DNA of 64,000 bases from the human T2T-CHM13v2.0 reference genome, Homo sapiens. The stretch lies in assembly GCF_009914755.1 (NCBI RefSeq), contig NC_060929.1; one strand, given 5' to 3'. Made by a program: the position numbers and the translations under genes. Positions within the stretch are counted from its first letter, which is position 1. Every line of letters starts with the position of its first letter. Shown piece by piece: positions 25,561-39,457 of this stretch. The notes beneath the pieces are model-generated. The model searched no databases. It saw nothing but the letters and a program-made list of their open reading frames with translations, and had not been told where the DNA came from.

Positions 25561-27481
25561 GAAGCTCGAACTGGGTGAAGCCCACCACAGCTCAAGGAGG
25601 CCTGCCTGCCTCTGTACGCTCCACCTCTGGGGGCAGGGCACAGACAAACAAAAGACAGCAATAACCTCTGCAACTTAAATGTCCCTGTCTGACAGCATTG
25701 AAGAGAGTAGTGGTTCTCCCAGCATGCAGCTTGAGATCTGAGAATGGGCAGACTGCCTCCTCAAGTGGGTCCCTGACCCCCAAGTAGCCTAACTGGGAGG
25801 CACCCCCCAGTAGGGGCTGACTGACACCTCACACGGCCTGGTACTCCTCTGAGACAAAACTTCCAGAGGAACGATCAGGCAGCAGCATTTGCAGTTCACC
25901 AATATCCGCTGTTCTGCAGCCACCGCTGCTGATACCCAGGCAAACAGGGTCTGGAGTGGACCTCCAGCAAACTCCAACAGACCTGCAGCTGAGGGTCCTG
26001 ACTGTTAGAAGGAAAACTAACAAACAGAAAGGACATCCACACCAAAAACCCATCTGTATGTCACCATCATCAAAGACCAAAGGTAGATAAAACCACAAAG
26101 ATGGGGAAAAAACAGAGCAGAAAAACCGGAAACTCTAAAAATCAGAGCGCCTCCCCTCCTCCAAAGGAACACAGCTCTTCATCAGCAACAGAACAAAGCT
26201 GGATGGAGAATGACTTTGATGAGTTGAGAGAGGAAGGCTTCAGAAGATCAAACTACTCCAAGCTAAAGAAGGAAGTTCAAACCCATGGCAAAGAAGTTTA
26301 AAACCTTGAAAAAAAATTAGACGAATGGATAACTAGAATAACCAATGCAGAGAAGTCCTTAAAGGACCTGATGGAGCTGAAAACCACGGCACGAGAACTA
26401 CGTGATGAATGCACAAGCCTCAGTAACCGATGCAATCAACTGGAAGAAAGGGAATCAGCAATGGAAGATGAAATAAATGAAATGAAGCGTGAAGAGAAGT
26501 TTAGAGAAAAAAGAATAAAAAGAAATGAACAAAGTCTCCAAGAAATATGGGACTATGTGAAAGACAAAATCTACATCTGATTGGTGTACCTGAAAGTGAC
26601 GGGGAGAATGGAACCAAGTTGGAAAACACTCTGCAGGATATTATCCAGGAGAACTTCCCCAATCTAGCAAGGCAGGCCAACATTCAAATTCAGGAAATAC
26701 AGAGAATGCCACAAAGATACTCCTCGAGAAGAGCAACTCCAAGACACATAATTGTCAGATTCAGCAAAGTTGAAATGAAGGAAAAAATGTTAAGGGCAGC
26801 CAGAGGGAAAGGTTGGGTTACCCACAAAGGGAAGCCCATCAGACTGACAGCGGATCTCTCGGCAGAAACTCTACAAGCCAGAAGACAGTGGGGGCCAATA
26901 TTCAACATTCTTAAAGAAAAGAATTTTCAACCCAGAATTTCGTATCCAGACAAACTAAGCTTCATAAGTGAAGGAGAAATAAAATCCTTTACAGACAAGC
27001 AAATGCTGAGAGATTTTGCACCACCAGGAACAACCGGTACCAGCCACTGCAATAACATGCCAAATTGTAAAGACCGTCGAGGCTAGGAAGAAACCGCATC
27101 AACTAATGAGCAAAATAACCAGCTAACATCATAATGACAGGACCAAATTCACACATAACAATACTAACGTTAAATGTAAATGGGCTAAATGCTCCAATTA
27201 AAAGGCACAGACTGGCAAATTGGATAAAGAGTCAAGATCCCTCAGTGTGCTGTATTCAGGAAACCCACCTCATGTTCAGAGACACACATAGGCTCAAAAT
27301 AAAGGGATGGAGGAAGATCTACCAAGCAAATGGAAAACAAAAAAGTCAGGGGTTGCAATCCTAATCTCTTGATAAAACAGACTTTAAACCAACAAAGATC
27401 AAAAGAGACAAAGAAGGCCATTACATAATGGTAAAGGGATCAATTCAACAAGAAGAGCTAACTATCCTAAATATATATGCA
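25561..27481 (+). mobile_element. young L1PA internal fragment: partial 5'UTR, disrupted ORF1 (from 26101), start of ORF2 endonuclease (from 27134)
   Basis: ORF track gives MGKKQSRKTGNSKNQSASPPPKE (ORF1p) and MTGPNSHITILTLNVNGLNAPIKRHRL (ORF2p EN). Stops and frameshifts present. Ends abruptly at ATATATATGCA with no 3'UTR, poly-A or TSD. Confidence 0.95.
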
Positions 27482-27624
27482 TTGCAATCCACTTTTTAAA
27501 AGTTTGTTCTGTGCTTGATTGATGATTTTAATTATTGTACTTAGCTTTTTAATTAATATTGAATTTCTTTTGAGTTATGATATAAAGTTTAACTTTATTT
27601 TCATATTAGTATTAGTATAATTAA

Positions 27625-29919
27625 TGATATCGTTTGGCTCTGTGTACCATTCAAATCTCATCTCAAATTGTAATCCTCTTATGTCAATGGGAGGAACCTG
27701 GTGGGAGGTGACTGGATGATGGGGGCGGTTTCCCCCATGTTATTCTGATGATAGTGAGTGAGTTCTCACGAGATCTGATGGTTTTATAAGGAGCCCTTTC
27801 CCTTTCATTCAGCACTTCTCCTTTCTGTCACCTTGTGAAGAAGGTGCCTTGCTTCCCCTTCACCTTCTGCCATGACTGTAAGTTTCCTGAGGTCTCCCCA
27901 GCCATGCAGAACTGTGAGTTAAACTTCTTTCCTTTATAAATTAACCAGTCTCAGTATCGTTACAGCAGTGTGAAAATGGACTGATACATAGAATTTGTAC
28001 CAAGAGTGGAGTACTGCTAGAAAGATAATCTGAAAATGTGGAAGCAACTTTGGAACTGGGTAACACGTAGAGGTTGGAACAGTTCGGAAGACAGGAAAAT
28101 TTGGGAAAGTTTAGAACTTCCTAGAGACTTGTTGAATGGTTTTGACCAAAATGCTGATAGTGATATGGACAATAAAGTCCAGGCTGAGGTGGTCTCAGAT
28201 GGAGATGAGGAACTTACTGGGAATTGGAGCAAAGGTCATTCTTGCTATGGTTTAACAGAGACTGGTGGCATTTTGCCCTGCCCTAGACATCTGGGGACTT
28301 TGAACTTGAGAGAGATATTTTAGGGTACCTAGTGGAAGAAATTTCTAAGCAGCAAAGTATTCAAGAGGTAACCAGGCTTATTCTGAAAGTGCTCAGTTAA
28401 ATGCATTCACAAAGAGATGGTTTAAAATTAGAACTTACGTTTAAAAAGGAAGCAGAGCATAAAGGTTTGGAAATTTTGCAGCCTGACCATATGATGGAAA
28501 AGAAAAGCCCATTTTCTGAGAAGAAATTCAAACCAGCTGCAGAAATTTGCATAAGTAATGAGGAGCCAAATGTTAATAGCAAAGACAATGGGGAAAAATA
28601 TCTCCAGGGCATATCAGTGATCTTCACAGTAGCCACTCACCTCACAGGCCTGGAGGCCTAGGAGGAAAAAAATGGTTTCATAGGCCAGGCCCAGGTCTCC
28701 ACTGCTCTGTGCAGCCCTGTGACATGGCACCCTGCTTCCCAGCCACTCCAGCTCCAGCCATGGCTAAAAGGGGCCAAAGTACAGCTGGGGCCATTGCTTC
28801 AGAGGGTGAAAGCCCCAAGTCTTGGTGACTTCCATGTGGTGTTGGGCCTGCAGTTATGGAGAAGATAAGAGTTGAACTTTGGGAACCTCCACCTAGATTT
28901 TAGAGGATGTATGAAAAAGCCTGGATGTCCAAGCAGAAGTCTGCACAGGGACAGAGCCCTCATGGAGAACCTCTGCTAGAGCAGTATGGAAAGAAAATGT
29001 GGGGTTGGAGCCCCCACACAGAGTCCCCATTGAGGCACTAGCTAGTGGAGCTGTGAGAAGAAGGCCACCATCTTCCAGACCCTAGAATGGTAGATCCACC
29101 AACAGCTTGCACCTCAGGAACTCAATGCCAGCTCATGAAAGCCACAGAGACCATACCCTGCAGAGCCACAGGGGTGAAACTGCCCAAGGCCCTGGGAGCC
29201 CACCCCTTTCATCAGTGTGCCCTGGATGTGAGACATGGAGTCAAATGAGATTTTGGAGCTTTAAGATTTAGTGACTGCCTGGCCAGGTTTCAGACTTGCA
29301 TGGGGCCTGTGACCCCTTTATTTTGGCCAATTTCTCCCATTTGGAATGGGGACATGTATCCAATGCCTGTATCCCCATTGTATCTTGGAAGTAAGGAACT
29401 TGCTTTTGATTTTACAGGCTGATAGGCAGAAGGAACTTGACTTATCTCAGATGGGCCTTTGGACTCGGACTTTGGGGTTAATGCTGGAAAGAGTTAAGAC
29501 TTTGGGGGACTGTTGGGAAGGCATGATTCATTTTGAAATGTGAAAGGGACATGAGATTTGAGAGGGGTTGGAGCAGAATTATATCAATTTGGCTCTGTGT
29601 CCCCAACCAAATCTCATCTCAAACTGTGGTCCCCACATGTCAAGGGAGGGACCTGGTGGGAGATGATTGGATCATGGAAGCAGTTTCCCCCATGCTGTTA
29701 TCATGATAGTGAGTTTGCACAAGATCTGGCTGTTTGATAAGTGTCTGGCCCATCCCCCTTCTCCCTTTCTTTCTCCTGCCTCCATGTAAGACGTGCCTTG
29801 TTTCCCCTTCACTTTCCCCCATGATAGCTGTGTGGAACTGAGTCAGTTAAACCTCTTCCTTTATAAATTACCCAGTCTCACATAGTATCTTTACAGCTGT
29901 GTGAAAACAGACTGATACA
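27625..29919 (+). mobile_element. full-length THE1 (C/D) MaLR provirus: LTR 27625-27988, internal, LTR ~29579-29919
   Basis: Two THE1 LTRs flank a typical THE1-int (GGAAGCAACTTTGGAACTGGGTAAC...). Perfect 5-bp TSD ATTAA at 27620-27624 and 29920-29924. Confidence 0.95.
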
Positions 29920-30193
29920 ATTAATTTTCAGGCTTTTCTTTGTGAATAAAGATTCAGAGTTTATATTTGTCAGAAAAACATTACTTCTTCATTGGCATTT
30001 TCAAATTTATTAGCAGAAGTTTGTAAATATTATTTTCTTAAAATGTTTCTATGACTTCCACATATATTATCTCCATTAGCTCATTCTTAATTTTGTGATT
30101 TATACCACTCCCAACTGGATTTGAAAAACAAGAAATTAAACGTGGTTTTGTGGTTTTATTTAAAAAAATAGACCTTGGGTGTACTTACAATTC

Positions 30194-30224
<31 letters not shown>
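30194..30224. repeat. interrupted (TG)n
   Basis: Read directly from sequence. Confidence 0.9.
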
Positions 30225-30319
30225 TTCCTGCCACTAATACATAATGTTCTGCTTTTATGTTTACTACTTGTCTGCTTAAGCTGTCTCCAATTATTTATTT
30301 GGTTTTGAGTTGAGTCATT

Positions 30320-30470
30320 TGCCTTCCTCCCTTCCTTTTTTCCTCTTATTCTCCCTTCTTTTTGCCTTTCTCCTTCTATCTCTCTCCTTCCTTTGTTCCA
30401 TCCCTCCCACTTATCTTCCTTCTTTTCTTTTTTCCTTTATTCATTTTCTTTCTTTTTTCCATTCTTATTT
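30320..30470. repeat. CT-rich low-complexity tract
   Basis: Read directly from sequence. Confidence 0.8.
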
Positions 30471-31481
30471 TCAATATATTTCTTTACCCCTTTTTAAAAT
30501 TTGTCTTGAGTGTATCTTTAATGATTCCTCTAAGTTTTGACATGAAATGTTCAGAATTTGCAATATAAATATTTTGAAATAGTATTTTTAGATTTTTCTT
30601 AGCTCAATAGTTAACTGTGAGACTCTATTTTAAAACTTTTATTTGGTTTTGATTTGTTGTTCAAATTTGTCACTAGTTTTTAATTTTGTTACATTGTGTG
30701 ATTTCTATAATTTTGTCTTTTTAAATTTATTGAGATTTCATTGTGGCCAATTATGACAACTATTTTTGGAAATGTTTTAATGACATGTAAAGATAACACA
30801 GTTCTTGTTTCACAGTATATACATGCACAAACACACGATATTATAAATTATGTTACTCTAACTCCTTATTCAGTTATTACTGCATCTGGCAATAACTGGA
30901 AATAATAATATGAGATTTTGAAAATGTCCCTATGAACTTACACAAATAATTCATCATCTCTTTGTGGTATTTATGTGTATATACCATACATACATACATG
31001 TTTATGTATTAATCACAAATAATAATTATTTTATTTATAATTATTTAAACATTCAGCTAATATCTTGATAAATGGATGATTGCTATAAAGTCTCCAGTGA
31101 CACATTTCAGTCAATTAGTCTCTGAATTTGTATTTTTTCTATTTTTGTATTACATATTTTGTTATTATAAAATTTATTTTTCTAACCTGGCGTATTCTCC
31201 CAGTGTTTCCTAACTCAAAGAACGACATCAATATCAATGAATTGATTATAAAACCTTGAAATCATTTTTGGCCCTCGTCCATAAACCTACCAACTTACAC
31301 ACTGATTTCACTTTGTTAAATAAATATATGCCAAATCTATTCATCATTCTCCATTGGCATCACTAACCTCCCAACATCTGCCAACTGACTGAGAGCAATG
31401 GCCTCTCAACTGATTTCCCCGTACTCTTTATTTGTTGAGTAAGTGACTAAATTAATAAATATTTTTTATTATACAATGGTT

Positions 31482-31844
31482 TGTCTGAGTCTGCTCAGGA
31501 TACTACAACAAAATACTATAGCCTGGGTGATTTAAACAACAATTTTTTTTTCTCACAGTTCTGGATGCTGTGAAATTCAAAATCAAGATGCCAGTATATT
31601 TGGTGTCTGGTAAGGGCCTTCTTCCTGGTTTACCAATAGGCACCTTCTTGCTGTCCCTTTAAGTGATAGAGAGGGAGAGGTCATTTCTCTCACTTTTCTT
31701 ATATAGGCGCTAATTGCTTCATGAATGCTCTACCCCCATGACTTAATCACCTTCCAAAGATCTCACCTCCAAATGCTATTCCCACTGTGAATCAAAGCTC
31801 CAGCGTATACATTTAGGGGAGACACAAACATTCAATTCATAACA
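31482..31844 (-). mobile_element. MaLR solo LTR (MLT1A/MSTD-like)
   Basis: TGTCTGAGTCTGCTCAGG ... TCTCACAGTTCTGGA ... GGGGGAGACACAAACATTCAATTCATAACA. Confidence 0.85.
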
Positions 31845-32417
31845 GTGTTCATAAAACATATGCCTATTTTAATATATAATGTTTATTCATTGATTTCTAC
31901 ATTGTTTAAAATTTGTCTGATTGCCCTACATTATTTTTCTTTTTGTTTTATAATTTATACTCATTATTTCTGTTTTGCTATTCTCTCTTGGATATGTTCC
32001 TGTACACATTATAAATTTTTTTTGTTTTGAACTCTATCTGGGTTGTCTTTTAATAAGTTAGTTAAAATTTATGCTTGTAACTGTAATGCATATAGTCTGT
32101 CTTGCTACTGTTTCTTGTTTCTGAGGAATCTGATTTTTGCTTTTATTTTTTATATTGATTTTCAATGTATAAATAATAGATTTTGCTAATTGGTTAGCAT
32201 TGTGCATTATTGTAAGCTTTGTATTTCTGTGTGCAGTTGGATTTGCAGTTGGAATTGGTGCCTAGTCTCCATTATAAACAGAAGTACTCGCAATATATTT
32301 TAATAGTTCCCTCTTAGTCAAAGAATTCAATTTTGTGAAAAGAATGATGATGATGATAATAACAACAATAAATAACACATTTAGCACTTGCTATGTGCCA
32401 AACACTTTGTTAAGAAC

Positions 32418-32915
32418 TGTGAAGAGTTTGAGCTTTTACTCTACTTCAAGCTAAGAAGTTACCCTGTTACAGTATCAAGAAAACTGCAGAAAACACAAGT
32501 TTCGTGAATCAGAGACAAAAGTATTTCTTACCCACAGCAACGACAGTACCCAGAACATCAGCATTTTCACCAGTTCCCTGAACCTCAGTTCCCACAGGGT
32601 GACACAAAGAGGGACAAGTCAGCCTGAACACAGAGTGAGTTGTATTACAGGAGAACAAAAGCCTTTTATATGGGAATGATTTTTTATAATGATCTTTTAT
32701 CATGGGAAGTTAACAAACCAGTCTGATCTTTACTCTGAATAACATATTATTTTCATTATACTGGATGGTATGTAAACCTGCCATCTCTTCTAGAGGGAGA
32801 CACTGTCTCTATATTTTAAGGCTATTCTCTACCCAAATATTCGTGAAGAGAGTCTAAAGAAAAGGCAGTCGGTGACTCCGCTTGTAGAATGTATAGAAAC
32901 ACAAAAACCATGAAT
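32418..32915 (-). mobile_element. ERVL solo LTR (LTR40-like) inserted in a MIR (32345-32417, 32920-33050)
   Basis: TGTGAAGAGTTTGAGCTTTTACTCTACTTCAAGCTAAGAAGTTA ... TCAGAGACAAAAG ... CTCAGTTCCCACAGGGTGACAC resembles recalled LTR40; MIR halves lie on both sides. Confidence 0.7.
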
Positions 32916-34384
32916 ACTATTCTAAGCATTTTTAAGTGCTGCAAATATACATACTCATTTCATCCTCACAACAAACCAATAGGGTGGATAATATTATAAA
33001 GAACAGTTTATATATAGGGACCCTGAGCCACAGGAAGGCAAAGTATCTTGTTAAATAGAGGAAGTATATGAAATAGAGAAGAAGAAATAATAGTAACTTG
33101 TTTCACACATTACCCTCTCTCCCTCGATTACCTTACTACCTACAAAAAGCATTAGGAAGACAAAGTCAAAATGTTGAAATTATCTTCGCAAGAAAATGTT
33201 ATCATATAAGTAAAAGTGGTCCAGATATTAAACCAAAATTTAAGGTGAAACTCTATTCTAGGAAAAGAGTCAAATATAGCAGAACTATCACTTAATTTTT
33301 ATTTCGTAGGAATTTGTCTAAAAATGACAAAATGACTACTTCGTGTATATTGGATAAAAAAAAAACCTTGTATTATGTGGTTAGAAAATTGGCTATTCTC
33401 ATTCTATACTTCCTTGGTAATTTCTTGTTACATTTGAGTTGATTCCCTAGAAAAACTGTGTTCTACAGATCCTATCTAATTTATTACCAGTTTAGTTTTT
33501 AAAGTAGAACTAATTTATACCAATGTGAATGATCTCCATAATTTCTAAATCTCTTTGGATCATTTCTGAAAGATAAGTCTAAGGCCATGTATGTTTTTGG
33601 TGGTTTACGTTTTCATATCTAGGGTCTATAAGCTACAGAACCTAGTGAAAACATGTTTCTTAGAAAGCAAAAATATCGTGGGCTATATAGAGGGTGAAAT
33701 TTCTTAATGGTTGGTACTAGTAGTAATACTAGGTAACTCCTGTGGTTGCAATCCTATTGTCTAATAAAGGACACTATTGTCTAATAAATTAAAATAAATA
33801 AAATAAAATGAAAAACGTAGTACAAGAATATAAAATAAATGGAAAAAAGAGAATGAATAGTGAGGTACATTAAAGAGGTAGATACTGTACATGATTGAGA
33901 TAATGCCAAAAAAATTGCAACAGTTAACATTTAATATAGCAAATACTATATGTTACCTATGTTTTTCAGAAAAGATTCCAAAAAAATTTCATTTGGGTTG
34001 GAAATTATAAAGCAGTTCACTCAATATAAACTGTATATCACATCCTTTCAACAAGTCATAATCAATATTAGATCTTACAGACATTTTATAACCAATGTTT
34101 CCACCACCCACTATAGTCATGAAAGATACCTTTTCTCAGTTCTAAGGATCTTTGGTAGGAAAGAGTGTCTGTTTAGAAGTGGTAACTCCTACCCATTCCC
34201 CAAAATCGTGATGCAGTCAATTCTCCTTCTGTTATCAAATGTCCCACCCGCTACAAGTCGATTCTAACTTCCTATCCCAATTTCCACTCTTTCCTAACCA
34301 TCACTTTTCTAATCTGAAAATTGTGATAAATCAAAACATTTCTGATTCATTCAGAAATCCCTACATATCAAGTGTTTTTTGTTA

Positions 34385-34810
34385 ATTTTTTCAGTTGCAA
34401 GGAATAGAAATCTCCACTCAAATTAGCTTGAAACTTCTAATGGAAATACATACTTGGCTCATGTTACTGCAAATCCAGAGGCAGCTCTGAATCCAGGAAA
34501 GGCTTGATCCAGTGGCTTGAAAGTGGTCACAAAAACTCCATTCTTCTCTGTCCCTTTGCTTTTCTATCGGTGGTATTTACTGTGTCCTCAGGCTCTCCAA
34601 AGGGGCCTATCAACAGCTCTGGGCTGGTAATAGGCCTGGTATAACCAATGGTTACTACAGTTCCAAATATTGCATGCTCACACCATATCAACCATGAGAA
34701 GAGAGAAAACATCCATGTTCTAGAAACATAAGTAAACATCTTGTGTCTCATTGACTCTGATTAAAGTTTGGAATAGCTAGAAGAAAAGGATTGTTGACTG
34801 GGTTTAGTTG
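34385..34810 (-). mobile_element. old MaLR LTR (MLT1J/K-like)
   Basis: TTCAGTTGCAAGGAATAGAAA...TTGGCTCATGTTACTG...GGCTTGATCCAG. Confidence 0.6.
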
Positions 34811-35899
34811 ATGATGACTCAAGGCTGTAACTAAAAGTAGGGTAGAGACTATTCAAAACACATAGCTGCCATCAGGAGAGATTTGGTACCCCAAAACAAA
34901 ATTGGACAACAATTTTGGATAAGAGAGGAATTAGATGCCAGCCAATAAGCACAACAACAGATGCCTATTATAGTTGTTGTACATAATGTTTTTAAAGAAG
35001 GAAGATGTTGAAGAGATGAAAGGTAATGATAACATGGCAGCACATCAAATCCAGAAGTCATTTAAGGTCTCTAAAAAGGAACAGGACCAAGAAAGAATTA
35101 AGTCATAATACTTCACATGTCAACAAACATAACCTCGGGAAAAGTATCTTTTCACTTTTCTGGGTTGCATCTACCTGATAAATATTTAATATCATTTTCC
35201 TCATCATTGCTGAAGTTAATCAATTTTGAAAGAGCAAGTATTAACTTTCAAAAGTTGGAAGAAACAGAACACATTTCAAACATACATTAATGTAGCAGCA
35301 CACCTCCTAAAAAGCAGATAATAATAAATTATGTAGACATTCTCGATCTTTAGTATCACAGGGGAAAAAAAATCAGACCCATTCTAAATGGAATACGAAT
35401 TTATTGTAGGAGACAGATTTTAACGCTCCTTTCTGAGAGCTGTTACAGTCTATTATGTCAACTCTCACACCTCCCACAACACAGCTTTGTCAGTGCATAC
35501 CCTTTCAAAATATGAAAAATCATAGACTTCAAAATGTTTAGAAATCTGTGGTTTGTTGGCAGTGCATTAGAAGAAAACATATTTAATAAGATCATAAAAT
35601 CCAACAAAAGTCAGTCATTCTCTGAAAGTTGAAATGCATTCCCTGCAGGTATTCAGAGAAAAGTTTGCATCATGAAGATCAACACGCAGGCTCCAATGCT
35701 CCCAGGAATTGACTGACAGCAATTCTTATCCATTACACCTCTGAGCTCCTCTCCTACCTTCAAAATGGCAGTCTAACCCAAGCACCTGTACGTTTCATTG
35801 TGGTACAAGTATATAAAACTCAGTCTGCTGCCTCAGAGCATGTTGGCGTAAGAGATGATGAGTTAAAAAGATGTGTGGCATTGACTGCAAAGGATATTT

Positions 35900-36200
35900 C
35901 AACTCATTCATTCAATTAATAAACAATTACTAAATATATTTTATGTGCCAGGTATTATGATATGTTATAGTAATATAAACCATGAGTAATAAGGTTTAGT
36001 GAAGAATACTGACAAAACTACTGTATGATATAGCCTAGGCCTGTAATTGAGAATTCAGACATGGAATGGGTCCATGGGATCAAAGAGAAAGAGAAGTCAA
36101 TCTAGAACGGCTTGGTCTATGGTCAAAAAGAAGGAGAGCAAAGAGTAGGGGGAAACTGGAAAATACATCATGGGTGAGCTTGAGCTTAGGTTGAATATTT
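35900..36200 (-). mobile_element. L2 3' end relic
   Basis: TCATTCATTCAATTAATAAACAATTACTAAA...TATGTGCCAGG. Confidence 0.6.
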
Positions 36201-36311
36201 AAGTGTGTATATTCAAGATTATTTGTAAATACTCATTGCAAATAGGTATTTCCTAAAACTGCATTTCAAGCCATTGTGCAATATAATGAAAAACTATTAA
36301 GTGATATACGT

Positions 36312-36442
36312 GGGGCAGCCATTTGTCCCATTTTGCCTGAGACAATGCAGATATACACTTGTTGTTACAGCATATTTATTAATAACACCCTCTACACCCT
36401 CAAAAGTATCCTGGTATGGATAATAAATTGTGTGATTACCCT
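36312..36442 (-). mobile_element. MER94 (hAT-Blackjack MITE)
   Basis: GTCCCATTTTGCCTGAGACA ... TATTAATAACACCC ... CTCAAAAGTATCCTGGTATGGATAATAAATTGTGTGATTACCCT. Confidence 0.75.
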
Positions 36443-38554
36443 ATTCTAACAAATGTCTGTATGGTCTTTTGTCACTCAGAGATTTAAGTGAATTTGACTA
36501 GAATCTTCTTCCTTCCTACACAATTTCTTGACTTTTGGAAGCTTAATCCACTCCCTGAGAATGATACGAATTCTCAGTATCAGAAACTAACCTGGTCATC
36601 TGAGCTCCCATGACATTGCATTCTCCCTCTGTGCTGCCCCTACGGCCTCAGACAGGAAACCCATCCCCTCAAATTCCACAAAAAAATGCACTCCTATAAT
36701 TAACATTGAGATTATTTATTAGCGACTACAAGTGGAAACAGAGCAGAGGTGTGCAACGCTCATCACCCAGATAACTAATTTGCCCTTTAAATTGCATACC
36801 TGCCTCTTAAGGGAAATAGTTCCAAAGTTTCCTTCCTACCTCCCCTCCAAGGAAGTATCCAGTCTTACAGTTTCCCAGGTCCTCTCCTCTTCCTTTCCCT
36901 TCTTTCCAGGCATCGATTTAACAATTTTTCCCTTTGTCATATAAACCTTTGACATGATTCTTGGGATCTGCTAACATCTATTCTCACCGACCACAAGAGA
37001 ACACAGTCAGTTCTCTCTTTAATTGCAGCTCTAGTGTCAGTAGAAGTAGAACTAGAAATATGGAAAAAGAGAAACAAATGGAGATTTAGAGGTAGTATGT
37101 CTTGGCAGCGACTAAGACAAGAGATAGCACAGACAGACACCCAGATTAATACTCAGGTGCCTATACTTATTATCCTAAACCTCAAGATTTGATTATTTAT
37201 GTTCATATGTATTTATTGTTCTGGAAAAGAAATAAATCTATGACTTTTTCTCATAATACAAATAATAAGGTAAAACATATGAAGGGGAAACATTGAAAAA
37301 GAAAAAATATTTAGCACATTTTTTAAAAATGCATTTTATAAATGCACCTATTAATATATATGATAGAGGTGGGCTGCAGATTCATCTCAGTGCTTCCTAG
37401 CAGTAAAAGCAAAGAATGAAATAAAACCAGTGAAAACATTCGTGGTACTCATAAGAGTTCTTTTTAAACTTAGGTACAGATAGCTTTCTTGATACCAGAG
37501 ATCTGAAAAGAACTTCTTCCATAAATTTTCATTAAAATCATACTATGAGATGTAACAACCCACTTCCTTAGTGATACCCCTTTAAGAACTTTAAGTAGGG
37601 TTCCTTTGTTTATTCCATGCAAGCTAATGTCACATGTGTGATACAATTGATTTAAATCAATTTTAGAAGAGGCTACATAGTGTAAGTATGCAACATTCTG
37701 ATGGTGTAATACAAAGACTATAAAATACATTCAATGGCTTTTATAGCCTCAGTCAATCCTCCTTCATTATAATTTCTCAAAAGCAAGATTTTGATAGGAA
37801 TTGAACAGCAAAGAATTCAAAATTGTGTTCTCTGGCTAGAACTTGCAGTGCAAACATTCTGAGCTGCTGATTAAGGGCAAATGCATATTCTTTGACAATC
37901 AGCTGAGTAGGTTTCTTGTAGTAACTAAATTGCCTAATCAAGGTTTATTGCTGAATAGATGGTCAGCACACCTCCACACAGAGGTGGGTCAATAAACCCA
38001 TATTGGCAGAGCAAAGAATTTCCTCAGACCTCATCACTGGGTCTGCTCCAACACACTGACAAATATGCAATCAAGACCTAGGAGTTCTATGCTTTAGAGC
38101 ATGGCCATAATAAAGCATCCATTCAAGTCTTACTTTGAGCCATGTTACTTCCCACTGTGCTCTATTCTAGTTTGCAAAAATGCACTCTATGTATAATATT
38201 GGATCTGCTGAATGGGGTTGGATGGTCTCAAGCTATTAAATCTTAGGTGACATCTGCTGAAAATAGCAATTTGGTTTTGAAACAGATTATTTTGAACCAT
38301 TCTCTATAACAACAATTAGCTAACAGAATTTGTTGAAGCCATTTGTTACTAAGTACATTAAAACAGAGTGGAGAAGAATGAATAAGTTTCTGTTTTCCAT
38401 AATACTGGTGCCAAGAGAGAAAAGAAGATATCATTCTTCAGTAGGCTGAACAACCTCTTGAAGAAGTGGGCGATTCATGCTTGAAATGCACAGAGGTACC
38501 AGCCTAACTCCACCAGAAACAAAATGCAGGGAAGGGTAGTGGAGGTGCAGGGCT

Positions 38555-38930
38555 GTAACCTGTAGGTCAGGACCTGGGTTCTGGGTGGAGTTTTACTTAC
38601 ACGATGTGACCTAAACCTAACACTTAACCTCTATGGATCTTTGTCTTTCCTCTATAAAATGAGGGGAGAGGAAAATCCAGACCAGATCAGTGGCTCTCAA
38701 CCATTTTAAGGTAGAGAATTTCTTCAAATAAAAGCTTACTTCTTATCCTAGTGTACAACATGAGTGAAGGTAAAGGTGAGGTTGCTCTGGCTGAAACTTG
38801 GCCAGGAGTATATACCCATTTCGGCAAAGGCAGCCCCTATATGGTTTCTGAGAAAATCTTAAAATTATATAGAACTAAGTCTTGAAAATAAACTGGTCTA
38901 GGTGATCTAGAACGTGAGCTCTGACCATGA
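38555..38930 (+). mobile_element. MIR-type SINE interrupted by a hAT-Charlie MITE (~38688-38895)
   Basis: GACCTGGGTTC...ACTTAACCTCTATGG...TATAAAATGAGG; insert with termini CAGTGGCTCTCAA ... TTGAAAATAAACTG. Confidence 0.55.
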
Positions 38931-39457
38931 CATCAGAGATTATCTAGCAAAAGATGTTTATTGTACAGATAAGAAGCTGAAGACATTAGCAAAGAATTTG
39001 AGTGGCTTTGTAAATGCCAGAACAGTAACTCAAAATGCCAGGCTCTTTATCCAGGAATCTATTCACTATACTTCAGCCAAGTACAAGAAGAAAAAAATAT
39101 ATTTTTGGAGGGAATAGCCTTCTACATAGTGTGTGCTGAGTTAAAGTGACTTTAATCAAATTAAATTAAAATACTTTATCATATCAAATAAGGCATTACT
39201 GAAGCATATCACCAATTTACATTTTTATACTACCAGAGAATCAGATAAGATTTCTTGACCTACTTCGATGGTGACCACTACCACTCTCTTCCCATCTAAA
39301 CTGTTCCCATCCAAGCTGTTGTTTTTACCAACAGTTAAATCTGTGGCTTTGCCTTTTTCTTTTTTGTTTTTAATTACAATAATTATAGTTGAGCTAGTAT
39401 TAGAGCTAAGCTGAAGATTTTGAAAGCTCTCAGAATTCTTATGATGCTGGCTGATTT

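Noticed and set aside
26101-27364. L1 ORF1/ORF2 as functional CDS
   Set aside because: In-frame stop at ~26300, frameshifts, an internal deletion and a truncated ORF2; dead copy.
28017-28661. ORFs in the THE1 internal region
   Set aside because: Broken relics of the MaLR internal ORF, with no intact frame.
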